A stretch of 54,713 nucleotides of DNA. It comes from a virus. Lineage: Duplodnaviria; Caudoviricetes. The position numbers were made by a program, and so were the translations under genes. Of this stretch, positions 19,560-29,020 are shown one piece after another (position 1 is the stretch's first letter; each line of letters starts with the position of its first letter). The notes beneath the pieces were generated by a model. That model was not told the DNA's origin and ran no database searches. It saw nothing but the letters and a program-made list of their open reading frames with translations. The stretch is from the IMG/VR virus record IMGVR_UViG_3300030419_006746, positions 1 through 54,713 of that record, one strand, 5' to 3'.

Positions 19560-20220
19560 GGTTACATTTGGTTCGAATCTAGCTGCATTGCAGTTTGCTT
19601 ATCAAAACAATACTCATATTATTTTAAATAAACCTAATTTTCCCCACGTCTTTGAACCAGAATATGTTCATCGTGCGTGGGGCCTCTTATATACCAAATT
19701 AATGTTAGACGGTCGCACAATTGGTGGTGATACTGTTAAGATGACCAAAATAACAGAAGAGGAGATAATTGTTGTTTGCGAAAGCAATGTTGTAAATCGA
19801 TTTGAGTATGATTTGTTGTTTGTATTTGATGACAACAATGTCATAGGTCTTCCTGATGTTGTAGAAAAAAACAACACACATAAGGTAATAGACATTCTAA
19901 AAGTAAAAGCGTTAGTGGCGTATGATATAAAAACTGTTATTAAAACTGACGATGAGCTTGTAAATGAGCTATATGTTATGAGACCTTATTCAAGTAGTCC
20001 TATTGAGATTTACTCTGTGTCAACATTGGACGAAAAACAGTTGCAAAACTTTGATTATTCTGATACAATGGTTAGGTTCAAGAGTGAAGATTTGCTTAAA
20101 CAGCACGGCTTTGTCGGCTTTCACAAAAATAGAAGTAAAATCACTTTAGAGACAGTTGAGCGCATAGTTCAGAAAAATATGGATAAATACGAAGAAACAG
20201 ACAAAATAAAGTTTATATGA
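19537..20220 (+). CDS. Hypothetical protein with a degenerate Rossmann-like N-terminus
   Basis: KVTFGSNLAALQFAY resembles a decayed dinucleotide-binding loop. Coupled to the next gene. ATG 19537 preferred to TTG 19525. Confidence 0.5.
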   Translation: MTTRQISKVTFGSNLAALQFAYQNNTHIILNKPNFPHVFEPEYVHRAWGLLYTKLMLDGRTIGGDTVKMTKITEEEIIVVCESNVVNRFEYDLLFVFDDNNVIGLPDVVEKNNTHKVIDILKVKALVAYDIKTVIKTDDELVNELYVMRPYSSSPIEIYSVSTLDEKQLQNFDYSDTMVRFKSEDLLKQHGFVGFHKNRSKITLETVERIVQKNMDKYEETDKIKFI

Positions 20221-21131
20221 AATTATTACCAGAGAAAGTAAAAAACCAGCAACAGTTTAATCTTGCCGGCATTATACCTGTTGCCGGTCAGCCATTAGAT
20301 TTTAATTTTCCATGGCACGATTGCCTTGCTCCAATTGGCCAAAATTATCTTGCAATTGAAAAAGCCGTGTATGATTGCGCAATTGCCGGTTGTAATTCTA
20401 TTTGGATTGTATGTCCGCAACAAATGCAGCCTTTAATTCGTCATAGACTTGGCGATTGGATTTTAGACCCAGTTAAATATATTACTGGTGCTAAATTTGG
20501 AAACTTTCCTCGTACATATGAAATACCAATATACTACGCTCCAATGCTTCCGAAAGATGTTGACAGAAGGGACTGTTTGGCGTGGAGTATAATTACAGGA
20601 GCACAATATTCCTGGTTCGTTGGGACCAAGATATCTAGATTTACAGCTCCTGATCGATATTTTGTATCATTTCCATATGGAATGTTTTCAGCGTGGTGGA
20701 TGCAAGACGAGCGCGCAAGAATACGTTCTGATGTCCCATTTCACGCAATATATGACAATAAAAGCTACAAAGACGGTCTTTGGTTACCTTTTACTTTTGG
20801 GCCTGAAGACTTTATAACTTGCCGAAATCACTTCCGAAAACACGAAGCAACAGGCCACGATGCAGAAGGTAATAAGTTGGGGCCGAAAGAAAGATATACA
20901 GGCAGATATTTTACTCACGATTTTGTTTTTAGCAAAGTCAATTCAGAAAATGCCGTAACTTGCGAGGTTCCTTGGTATTATGATATTTCAAGTTGGGACG
21001 GATTAAAAAGATGGCTTGGTAGTGATAATAAGCTCGTAAGACCACCCAAATTTTTGTTATCATATAACGAATGGAATCCTTTAGGAATAGATTTAGAGCC
21101 AGAGGAGGAGGGTGATGAAGTTGATGTTTAA
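20217..21131 (+). CDS. Sugar-phosphate nucleotidyltransferase-fold protein (divergent)
   Basis: LAGIIPVAG...CLAPIG...AGCNSIWIV N-terminus and C-terminal YYDISSWDG. Confidence 0.6.
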   Translation: MKLLPEKVKNQQQFNLAGIIPVAGQPLDFNFPWHDCLAPIGQNYLAIEKAVYDCAIAGCNSIWIVCPQQMQPLIRHRLGDWILDPVKYITGAKFGNFPRTYEIPIYYAPMLPKDVDRRDCLAWSIITGAQYSWFVGTKISRFTAPDRYFVSFPYGMFSAWWMQDERARIRSDVPFHAIYDNKSYKDGLWLPFTFGPEDFITCRNHFRKHEATGHDAEGNKLGPKERYTGRYFTHDFVFSKVNSENAVTCEVPWYYDISSWDGLKRWLGSDNKLVRPPKFLLSYNEWNPLGIDLEPEEEGDEVDV

Positions 21132-22416
21132 AAAAGATGAATTTTGGAAATCTATTCCATTATGGAAAGATATAGACTATGAAACATTTATTGATCATAA
21201 ATGGCAAGATAAGAATGCAATTACAAACCATAAAAAACTCTTGCGCACAATTGAAGAACTGGTAGATAATGATTTTCTAGAGGACGCCAGAAAGGGTTTT
21301 GAAAAGGCACCGATGGCCACTCGAATAACGCCGTATCTTCTTTCTTTAATGGATTGGGACGATCCTGTAAATTGTCCGATAAGAAAACAATTTTTATCTT
21401 TAGAGTCAACACTTCAGCCGGATCACCCAATGCTTAGGTTTGATAGCTTGAACGAACAACAAGACTCACCGGTAAAAGGATTGACACATCGTTATGAAGA
21501 TAAGGTGCTGTTTCTTGCTTTAGATACTTGCCCTGTTTATTGCCGATTCTGCACCCGCGCATATGCCGTTGGCAACGCAACAGCAACAGCAGAGAAAATT
21601 TCTCTTAAAGCCTCTAGATCACGTTGGAAAGAAGTTTTTAGATATTTACAAGAAAATGAAAAAATACAAGACGTTGTGATATCAGGAGGTGACGCTTTTC
21701 GTCTTAAGGCATCTCAAATTAATGAAATTGGGCAAGAGCTTTTAAAGATCGATCATATAAGGCGTTTTCGCTTTGCTACAAAAGGCTTGTCTGTAATGCC
21801 TATGAAGATTTTATCCGATAAACGATGGGCAGAGACAATAGTTAAGTTAGCCGACAAGGCAAGGAAAGAATATAAAGAAGTATGCATTCATACACACTTT
21901 AATCATTCAAATGAAATAACAAAAATCACCAAAGATGCGATGAATTACTTTTTTTTAGAGGGAGTAAAAGTTAGAAATCAATCTGTTTTTCAAAATGGCG
22001 TGAATGATACGTCAGAAAGTATGATAACGCTTGTTAAAGATTTAAGTTATATTAACGCGCAACCATATTACGTTTATGTACATGATTTAACTGGAGGCAC
22101 AGAAGATATGAGAACGTCAGTTAAAAAAGCAATGAATGTTGAAAAACACGTTCGCGGAATAACAGCAGGATTCAACACCCCGCTGTTTGTGGTTGATGCA
22201 CCAGGCGGTGGCGGGAAGCGTGATGTACATTCTTGCGAGTGGTACGATACATACACAGGAATCAGTGTATGGGAAGCTCCCTCTGTCAAGCCTGATCAAA
22301 AGTTTCTTTACTTTGACCCTCTTCATTCACTTGAACCCGGAGCAATTAAAAATTGGCAAAATGAAGAAATGCAAAAAGAAATGATTGATTGCGCGATACA
22401 ACATATTGACTTCTAA
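21112..22416 (+). CDS. kamA: KamA-family radical SAM enzyme (lysine 2,3-aminomutase-like)
   Basis: GLTHRY.DKVL, CPVYCRFCTR, ISGGD, HFNH..EI, NQSV...GVND, PYY, and DAPGGGGK (PLP lysine). Confidence 0.9.
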   Translation: MMKLMFKKDEFWKSIPLWKDIDYETFIDHKWQDKNAITNHKKLLRTIEELVDNDFLEDARKGFEKAPMATRITPYLLSLMDWDDPVNCPIRKQFLSLESTLQPDHPMLRFDSLNEQQDSPVKGLTHRYEDKVLFLALDTCPVYCRFCTRAYAVGNATATAEKISLKASRSRWKEVFRYLQENEKIQDVVISGGDAFRLKASQINEIGQELLKIDHIRRFRFATKGLSVMPMKILSDKRWAETIVKLADKARKEYKEVCIHTHFNHSNEITKITKDAMNYFFLEGVKVRNQSVFQNGVNDTSESMITLVKDLSYINAQPYYVYVHDLTGGTEDMRTSVKKAMNVEKHVRGITAGFNTPLFVVDAPGGGGKRDVHSCEWYDTYTGISVWEAPSVKPDQKFLYFDPLHSLEPGAIKNWQNEEMQKEMIDCAIQHIDF

Positions 22417-22458
22417 AAAAAACTATATTACACTAGTAGAGACTTATTGGAGTAAAGA

Positions 22459-22683
22459 ATGAGCGCACCACGATTTGGAGTGATGTTCTGGATACGAGGT
22501 TTGGAACACAAAGAAAAATGGAAACTTTACCGGTTTATGAGTGCTGTGCCGGGTACGGAACACTTTGGCTTAAAGGATAATCTTCAAAAATGGATTGATA
22601 ACGGCACCATTGATAAAATCGAGCAATACTTCAATAAAGATGAAATGAGAGATGATTTTTTTAAACGCTTGGAGAAAGAATGA
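22459..22683 (+). CDS. Hypothetical protein
   Basis: Promoter TTGACT-N17-TACACT at 22406 and SD GGAG. Confidence 0.6.
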   Translation: MSAPRFGVMFWIRGLEHKEKWKLYRFMSAVPGTEHFGLKDNLQKWIDNGTIDKIEQYFNKDEMRDDFFKRLEKE

Positions 22684-22874
22684 AACCCGGTGATTTGGTA
22701 AAGTGGCATAGAGATTGGTCACCACCCAGCAATAAAGCTAAAGCGAGTGCTTGTAAAATCGGTGTGGTCCTTGAAAAACCATCCACATTTGCTGCGTATG
22801 AACGAGGTTGGTGGGTTTATTTTCCCCCTCATCGAATGATTCTCTACGAAGAGGATTTGGAGTTATTAAAATGA
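22680..22874 (+). CDS. MKVGDLV-family protein (MKPGDLV variant)
   Basis: MKPGDLVKW...IGVVLE...WWVYF...LYEEDLELL; ATGA overlaps at both ends. Confidence 0.7.
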   Translation: MKPGDLVKWHRDWSPPSNKAKASACKIGVVLEKPSTFAAYERGWWVYFPPHRMILYEEDLELLK

Positions 22875-23047
22875 AACCCGGTGATTTGGTAAAGTTTGCG
22901 AAGACGTTTAATATTTATACTTTCTATCCAGAAAAGATAAATAAAATAGGGATATTTCTTGAAGAGCATAAAGGTGATGTTTGCGTTTTTAGCGAGAATA
23001 AAAAACAATGGTTTGAGTATAACGATGTGGAGGAGTATATAAAATGA
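22871..23047 (+). CDS. MKVGDLV-family protein (MKPGDLV variant, 58 aa)
   Basis: Start placed at the repeat ATG 22871 rather than 22808. MKPGDLVKF...IGIFLE...V.VF...WF...DVE. Confidence 0.7.
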   Translation: MKPGDLVKFAKTFNIYTFYPEKINKIGIFLEEHKGDVCVFSENKKQWFEYNDVEEYIK

Positions 23048-23130
23048 AACCCGGTGATTTGGTATTGACTTTTAATAAAAACTATATTACATTAATGAAA
23101 ACCAACTGGAGTAAAGATGAAACCCGGTGA
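23044..23130 (+). pseudogene. MKPGDLV start interrupted after 7 codons by a promoter/RBS cassette
   Basis: The repeat 21-mer runs straight into TTGACT at 23065, and the chimeric frame stops at 23130. Confidence 0.55.
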
Positions 23131-23359
23131 TTTGGTAATTACTAAATATTCTCTAAAAAATGATAAATATCCAAAATATGCGCTTGTGCTGGGGACTTCT
23201 AAAGGCGCAGGTTTGTGTGAGGTTCTTTTTGCTCATACGAATAAGAGAGGGCACCAATGGATAAGTCGGTTAGTTCTTGTTGATAAGTAAGGCTATTCTT
23301 GTTTCCTTGACTTTTAATAAAAACTATATTACATTAATGAAAACCAACTGGAGTAAAGA
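23065..23359 (+). repeat. Perfect 53-bp direct repeat (23065-23117 and 23307-23359) comprising promoter plus RBS; a diverged third copy lies at 22406-22458
   Basis: TTGACTTTTAATAAAAACTATATTACATTAATGAAAACCAACTGGAGTAAAGA occurs twice. Confidence 0.95.
23117..23290 (+). CDS. MKVGDLV-family protein (57 aa, not in the ORF track)
   Basis: Translated by hand: MKPGDLVITKYSLKNDKYPKYALVLGTSKGAGLCEVLFAHTNKRGHQWISRLVLVDK. Confidence 0.7.
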   Translation: MKPGDLVITKYSLKNDKYPKYALVLGTSKGAGLCEVLFAHTNKRGHQWISRLVLVDK

Positions 23360-26300
23360 ATGACTGAAAGAGTAAAAAGCAGTATCCCTTTTGTGGGATT
23401 ACACGCACATACAGGAGTAGGTAGTCCATTTGATGGATTAGGTTATCCGCAGGAGCATTTTGATTTTGCTTACAATAATGGGATGGATGCTCTTGCTATA
23501 ACCGACCACGGAAATCAAAATGCGTTAGCCTATTCGGTTGAAGCAGCCCAGAAAATGATGCAGGAAGGCAAAGATTTCAAGCCTATTTTCGGCGTAGAAG
23601 CCTACTTCCTTCCAAGTATCAATGAATGGCGAGAAGAGTTAGAAAAAGCAAAAGCAGATAAAAAAGCCAAGAAAGCCATTGATAAGTCCTCTTCTGGAAC
23701 AACTATTGAAGATGAAGGCAACAAGCGTGAAGTAAAAAACATTCTTAATCGTCGTAGACATCTGATCCTTTTGGCTCAAAATCAAAAGGGCCTCAATAAT
23801 ATATTTTCTTTGGTCTCCAAATCCTACAGTACTGATAACTTTTATCGTTTTCCAAGAATGGATTACGATATGCTCAAAGAGCACAACGAAGGTGTGATTG
23901 CTGCGTCAGCTTGCCTAGGCGGCGTACTTGCTGGAAACTATTGGGAAAACATAGAAAGTGGCGAAAAAGCAGTATTAACAGCGATGCGCGATACAACTGA
24001 AAATATGGTATCTGTTTTCGGTGATCGTTGGTATGGCGAACTGCAATGGAATAATGTCAAAGAACAACATCACTTAAATAAACTAATAATTCAGGTTTGT
24101 GCTGAATACGGCGTAGAACTTATTTCTACAGCTGATAGTCATTATCCGTCCAGAACAGCTTGGAAAGACAGAGAGCTATATAAACGTTTGGGCTGGCTTG
24201 GTAAAGGTCGTATGCCGACGTGGTTAAGCACAGAGCTTCCAATCGACGTGGAGGAAATTGGCTATGAGCTGTTTCCAAAAAATGGCGAACAAATGTGGGA
24301 GGCATATAAAAAATACTCAAACGACGTTGGCTGTGAATTCAATGACGACCTAGTACGCGATAGTATCGAACGAACACATCATATTGCTCATAATCGTATT
24401 GAACGATTTATGCCTGATAACACAGTGCGTCTTCCAAGTTTTGTCATTCCAGCTGGCCAGACGGCCGATAGAACATTGATTGCGGCGTGTATTGATGGTG
24501 TACGTGATTTAGGATTAAAAGATAATCCAGAATACATTAATCGGTTAAAGGAAGAATTGAGCGTAATAGGCGATAGAGGTTTTAGCAAGTACTTTCTTAC
24601 TATGAAAGCTATAGCAGATAGAGCTACAGATGTTCAGCTAGCAGGAGCTGGTAGAGGTTCAGCTGCTGGCTCTCTCGTTGCATATGCTTTAGGAATCACA
24701 CAAGTTGATCCCATTAAATACAACTTGTTGTTTTCGCGTTTTATGACGAAAGATTCAAAAGAATATCCAGATATTGACTTCGATGTTTCTAATCCAATGC
24801 AGCTAAAAGAAAAGTTGATTGATGAGTGGGGCAAGAACACTGTTGTTCCTATATCTAACTTTAATAAGCTGCAGCTTCGATCTTTGGTCAAAGACATTTC
24901 AAAGTTCTATGACGTTCCGTTTACGGAGGTCAACCCTGTAACTTCTAAAATGATGGCTGAAGCAACGCCAATTGCTAAAAAAATGCACGGCATTAAAGCT
25001 GGTGTATATAATCCGACATTCGAAGAAGTTATGGAATATTCCGATAGCTTAAAAAGATTTTTGTACAAATATCCGAAAATTAAAACACATATCGAAGCAT
25101 TAGTTGGAGAAGTCCGCTCAGTCTCTAGACACGCTGGAGGCGTTGTTATTGGCGAAGATCTAGACAAACATATGCCGCTTATTAATAGCGGCGGCGTAAC
25201 TCAAACGCCTTGGTCAGAAGGACAGCACGTAAGACAACTAGAGCCAATGGGCTTCATTAAGTTCGATATTCTTGGCTTATCCACTCTTAAAATGATTGAG
25301 GGCGCGATTACTCATATTTTGCGCAGACATAAAGGAATTGAAAATCCAACGTTTGAAGACGTTAGAGGATTTTATGATGAATATTTGCATCCAGAAAAAA
25401 TTAATCTCAACGACCAGAAAGTATATAAAAACATATTCTGGAAAGGTAAGTGGGCTGGAATATTTCAATTTGCTGAAATTGGTGCTCAAAAGTTTTGTAA
25501 ACGCGCGAGACCAAAAAACATTATTGATGTAGCAGCTATTACAGCCGTTTACAGGCCTGGCCCATTGAGTGCCAATGTGCATGAAACATTTATTAAAACA
25601 AAAGAAAACCCAAGAGATGTTCATTATGGGCACGATATCGTAAAGGAGATTACAAAAGAAACTTATGGCTTCCTTATCTTCCAAGAACAAATTGCACTTT
25701 TGGCTCACAAGCTAGGCAAAGATTTAAGTCTGGATGAGGGCAATAAGCTTCGTAAACTCTTGACCAAGAAAGGCACAGGAGCGGTAGCCAAGCAGAAAGC
25801 TAAACTAAAAGTTAAGTTTGTCACAGGCTGTATGGAAAAAGGCTTAACAGAAGAATGGGCAGATAAGATGTGGCAGAAGTTTGAATTCTTCTCGGGTTAC
25901 GGCTTTAACAAATCACACGCAGTATCTTATTCGATCATATCTTTCCAGTGTGCCTGGTTGTTTAATTATTATCCAGAGTGCTGGATTGCTGCGTTTCTTG
26001 ATAAAGAACCTGAATCAAGAAAAGAAAAAGCTATCAACATTGCAAAGAAGTTTGGCTTTAAAATAGCCCCAGTTAGTGTCAATACGTCTGGAATTGTTTG
26101 GGAGATTGGCAAAGATGGCAAAACCTTAATTCAGCCGTTATCTTCAATTAAGGGTTTAGGAGATAAAGCAATTGAGCAAATAATCGAACACAGACCGTTT
26201 AACACTGTTGAGGAGTTTCTTTTTAATAAAGAAATTGTATACTCCAAACTAAACAAAAAAGCGATTAATGTGCTCATTAAAGCAGAAGCTTTAAATGACT

Positions 26301-26794
26301 TGATAGATGATAGATTCAACAATTTAAAGCACTTTTGGACAGCGGTCGCAGATAACCGGCCGACAACAAAAAAGAAATTAGCAGCACTTATCGAAGAACA
26401 TAAAGATGTTGAAGACTTTACGCGAGATGAATACATTGAAACAAAAGTTGATATTACTGGCATTTTTCCCTTTAATTTGATAATGTCGGATGATATAATC
26501 AAGCGGCTAGAGTATAACAAGGTCCCAACTATTTCAGAGTGGGACAATGATCTTGGCATTGCTTGGTTTATTCCGCGTGAAATAATTAAGCGTAAAACAG
26601 TAAAGGGTCGCCCATACTATATTGTTAAAACAATTGATAAAAACTCGGCAATGATTAGTATTCGTTGCTGGGGCATTAATCCAGATAAAGATAGAATATT
26701 CATTAACAGGCCTTATATGGCCAAATTAAATTATCAAGAGCAATGGGGATTTTCTACTAGAGGAGGTCTCGGAAATTGGAGATTATTAGGATAA
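23360..26794 (+). CDS. dnaE: DNA polymerase III alpha subunit
   Basis: PHP motifs LHAH, AITDHG and ADSHY; GRGSAAGS; PDIDFD; RHAGGVV; KFDILGL; GYGFNKSH. Confidence 0.96.
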   Translation: MTERVKSSIPFVGLHAHTGVGSPFDGLGYPQEHFDFAYNNGMDALAITDHGNQNALAYSVEAAQKMMQEGKDFKPIFGVEAYFLPSINEWREELEKAKADKKAKKAIDKSSSGTTIEDEGNKREVKNILNRRRHLILLAQNQKGLNNIFSLVSKSYSTDNFYRFPRMDYDMLKEHNEGVIAASACLGGVLAGNYWENIESGEKAVLTAMRDTTENMVSVFGDRWYGELQWNNVKEQHHLNKLIIQVCAEYGVELISTADSHYPSRTAWKDRELYKRLGWLGKGRMPTWLSTELPIDVEEIGYELFPKNGEQMWEAYKKYSNDVGCEFNDDLVRDSIERTHHIAHNRIERFMPDNTVRLPSFVIPAGQTADRTLIAACIDGVRDLGLKDNPEYINRLKEELSVIGDRGFSKYFLTMKAIADRATDVQLAGAGRGSAAGSLVAYALGITQVDPIKYNLLFSRFMTKDSKEYPDIDFDVSNPMQLKEKLIDEWGKNTVVPISNFNKLQLRSLVKDISKFYDVPFTEVNPVTSKMMAEATPIAKKMHGIKAGVYNPTFEEVMEYSDSLKRFLYKYPKIKTHIEALVGEVRSVSRHAGGVVIGEDLDKHMPLINSGGVTQTPWSEGQHVRQLEPMGFIKFDILGLSTLKMIEGAITHILRRHKGIENPTFEDVRGFYDEYLHPEKINLNDQKVYKNIFWKGKWAGIFQFAEIGAQKFCKRARPKNIIDVAAITAVYRPGPLSANVHETFIKTKENPRDVHYGHDIVKEITKETYGFLIFQEQIALLAHKLGKDLSLDEGNKLRKLLTKKGTGAVAKQKAKLKVKFVTGCMEKGLTEEWADKMWQKFEFFSGYGFNKSHAVSYSIISFQCAWLFNYYPECWIAAFLDKEPESRKEKAINIAKKFGFKIAPVSVNTSGIVWEIGKDGKTLIQPLSSIKGLGDKAIEQIIEHRPFNTVEEFLFNKEIVYSKLNKKAINVLIKAEALNDLIDDRFNNLKHFWTAVADNRPTTKKKLAALIEEHKDVEDFTRDEYIETKVDITGIFPFNLIMSDDIIKRLEYNKVPTISEWDNDLGIAWFIPREIIKRKTVKGRPYYIVKTIDKNSAMISIRCWGINPDKDRIFINRPYMAKLNYQEQWGFSTRGGLGNWRLLG

Positions 26795-26804
26795 AGGAGA
26801 TCAA

Positions 26805-27275
26805 ATGAATTTAAGAGTTTTTAGAATCAGGCCAGAAGCCAAATTGCCAGTCCGCGCATATCATTCAGATGCCGGAATGGATTTATTTTATTGTCCAAAT
26901 GGAGAAAGAAGTGATATTATTTTTGAGGAAGGATTAGCAATTAATCCTCGCGAATCAAAAGTTATCCCAACAGGTATCAAAGTAGAGGTGCCATATGGAT
27001 ATATGCTTGAAATTAAAAATAAGTCAGGCATCGCGTCAAAACGCAAGCTAATTACTGGTGCGTGCGTTGTAGATTCAGGATATAATGGAGAACTGTATGT
27101 CAATCTTCACAATATCGGACTAGACACGCAGTATATTAAACCAGGTGATAAAATAGCACAAGCAGTGCTTATACCAATTGAATATTGCGGTATTGAAGAG
27201 GTATTTGAAGCTGAAGTGTTAAATATTGATAGCGTGAGAGGCGCCGGAGGCTTTGGGAGCACTGGTGCTAGTTAA
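26805..27275 (+). CDS. dut: Trimeric dUTPase
   Basis: DAGMDL, KSG, VVDSGYNGE, GDKIAQ, RGAGGFGSTG. Confidence 0.95.
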   Translation: MNLRVFRIRPEAKLPVRAYHSDAGMDLFYCPNGERSDIIFEEGLAINPRESKVIPTGIKVEVPYGYMLEIKNKSGIASKRKLITGACVVDSGYNGELYVNLHNIGLDTQYIKPGDKIAQAVLIPIEYCGIEEVFEAEVLNIDSVRGAGGFGSTGAS

Positions 27276-27302
27276 AACAAGGTTATTCAAAGGAGAAACA
27301 AT

Positions 27303-28148
27303 ATGAGCTTTAAATATATATTAAGACAAGGCGATAAAGGTCAAGAGGTCGCGAGACTTCAAGCAAGAGTAGGCGCCAGAGTAGATGGCAACTATGGACC
27401 CAATACCAAATTTCAGGTAGAGAGCTATCAAGAAAAGCATCAGGAACTGGAAATAGATGGTATTGCTGGGCCAAAAACGCTTGGTTTGTTGGGGATAGAA
27501 GTACTACCTGGCATTGATCTTTCCAGTTGGAATGGTACCGTGGATTTTAAAAAGGTTGCGGATGCTGGAGTGAAATATGCTTGGATTAAAGTAACAGAAG
27601 GCACAACTCACATTAATCCAAGGCACGAGAAGAAGTTTGAAGATGCCAGAAAAGAAGGCATTATAGTTGGCGCTTATCATTTTGGGCGTCCCGATACTTC
27701 TTCAAATGATCCTAAAGACTGGGAAAAAGAAGCAGATAATTTTTTAAAGCGACTTGACAAGGTCGGCCTAGAATGTGGAGATCTTATTCCAGTACTAGAT
27801 GTAGAGAAAGGAATGAAGACTGACGACAATCACAATGTTGACTGGTGCCTTAAATGGTTGGATAAAGTGGGATGTGAGACCAAAACACGCCCTGTGATTT
27901 ACACAGCTCGATGGGCGTGGCAGCTTTACATTATGAAGGCTGATGAAGGCGCACAAAATGAATTGGCTTCGTATCCATTGTGGCTTGCAAGTTACAATAG
28001 TGGCGTAGAGCCAAAGCGTAAAACAGGCCTTTGGAGTAAGTGGGATATTTGGCAATGGTCAGGCAGTGGTGCAGTACCAGGCGTTAAAGGGAAGTGCGAT
28101 CAAAACTGGATGGCTGGTGGCCAATTAGACAAGTTGAGGGTTCCGTGA
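27303..28148 (+). CDS. Endolysin: peptidoglycan-binding domain plus GH25 muramidase
   Basis: LRQGDKGQEV..LQ...DG.YGP.T...DGIAGPKT, then GIDLSSWNG, IKVTEG, GAYHF, LDVE, WQWS. Confidence 0.9.
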   Translation: MSFKYILRQGDKGQEVARLQARVGARVDGNYGPNTKFQVESYQEKHQELEIDGIAGPKTLGLLGIEVLPGIDLSSWNGTVDFKKVADAGVKYAWIKVTEGTTHINPRHEKKFEDARKEGIIVGAYHFGRPDTSSNDPKDWEKEADNFLKRLDKVGLECGDLIPVLDVEKGMKTDDNHNVDWCLKWLDKVGCETKTRPVIYTARWAWQLYIMKADEGAQNELASYPLWLASYNSGVEPKRKTGLWSKWDIWQWSGSGAVPGVKGKCDQNWMAGGQLDKLRVP

Positions 28149-28432
28149 GTTTTAAAAGAAAATTAAGAAGAGCGCAAGCAGTTAAAGGCAAAAAGAACGC
28201 AGAAAAGGCGTTAGCAGAAAAAGTAGCTCTTTTTGGTCATTTAGGCAATAAATGCTTGACTTGTGAAAAGCCTTTTGATAGACTTAATAGAGAACAGGTT
28301 ATGACTTGGAATGTAGTCGTGACACAGAACAAAGAAGCGGTGCGGCTTTATTGCCCAACGTGTTGGGATAAGGCAATTAAATTAATCAAAGAAACTAAAG
28401 AAGAATTATTAAACAGACAAAAGGAGAAATAA
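28145..28432 (+). CDS. Basic protein with CxxC...CxxC zinc finger
   Basis: CLTC...CPTC. Start set at GTG 28145 (GTGA overlap with the endolysin stop). Confidence 0.65.
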   Translation: MSFKRKLRRAQAVKGKKNAEKALAEKVALFGHLGNKCLTCEKPFDRLNREQVMTWNVVVTQNKEAVRLYCPTCWDKAIKLIKETKEELLNRQKEK

Positions 28433-28780
28433 ATGCAATACTATCCGCAATCTCGTAAAGGATTTATGATCAATTATGATTTGGCTGATCAATTGAATCT
28501 TTTAGACGAATTTGTTTTATGGGAAGAAGAGTACAATGAACTTCCACTTATGGAAGTGATTGAAGAGAAGTTTGGTGTAGAGCCTGCAGGCGTACAACAT
28601 TTTGAATACAGACGCGGCGGCTACGTTCAAGGACTTCAAGGTTTTGATTACGACACAACTTACGTTCTATTTGATCAAGATTCAGAGCAATTTTATCCTG
28701 AAGAGTGGGAAAGTTTAGTTAACGTTTTGGAAGATAACGATGTCAATGTTGTCCACGGCAGCTGGGCAGAGTTGGGATAA
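28433..28780 (+). CDS. Acidic hypothetical protein
   Basis: SD AAGGAG; abuts both neighbours. Confidence 0.65.
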   Translation: MQYYPQSRKGFMINYDLADQLNLLDEFVLWEEEYNELPLMEVIEEKFGVEPAGVQHFEYRRGGYVQGLQGFDYDTTYVLFDQDSEQFYPEEWESLVNVLEDNDVNVVHGSWAELG

Positions 28781-29020
28781 ATGCTGGAAGACCAAGTAAA
28801 CCGTCCAAATCACTACAACATCAATTGGAAAGGCGAACAAGCCATAGAAACGTATGAATATATTCGTTCTTGGAAAATGGATTATCCAGAAAGTAATATT
28901 ATTAAATACGTAACGAGACATCCTTACAAAGGGCAATCTCTTAAAGATCTAAAGAAAGCACGTTGGTATTTAAACAAACTTATTGAAGAGGTGGAAAATG
29001 AAGCAAGCTCTAACTTATGA
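28781..29020 (+). CDS. DUF3310 / T7 gp1.7-like nucleotide-kinase-domain protein
   Basis: VNRPNHY...NIIKYVTR..YKG...DLKKARWYL. Confidence 0.85.
   Translation: MLEDQVNRPNHYNINWKGEQAIETYEYIRSWKMDYPESNIIKYVTRHPYKGQSLKDLKKARWYLNKLIEEVENEASSNL

Larger units (their letters stand above)
22680..23137 (+). repeat. Four exact copies of the 21-mer ATGAAACCCGGTGATTTGGTA (22680, 22871, 23044, 23117)
   Basis: Read directly from the sequence. The first two copies extend to 25 identical nt. Confidence 0.95.

Noticed and set aside
22680-23137. Four 21-nt repeats as a CRISPR array
   Set aside because: Periods are 191, 173 and 73 nt, the repeats are coding gene starts and non-palindromic, and no cas genes are present.
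14319-26794. Inteins or introns in dnaB, nrdJ or dnaE
   Set aside because: Lengths are normal, motifs are contiguous, and there are no intein-like C...HN junctions or LAGLIDADG blocks.
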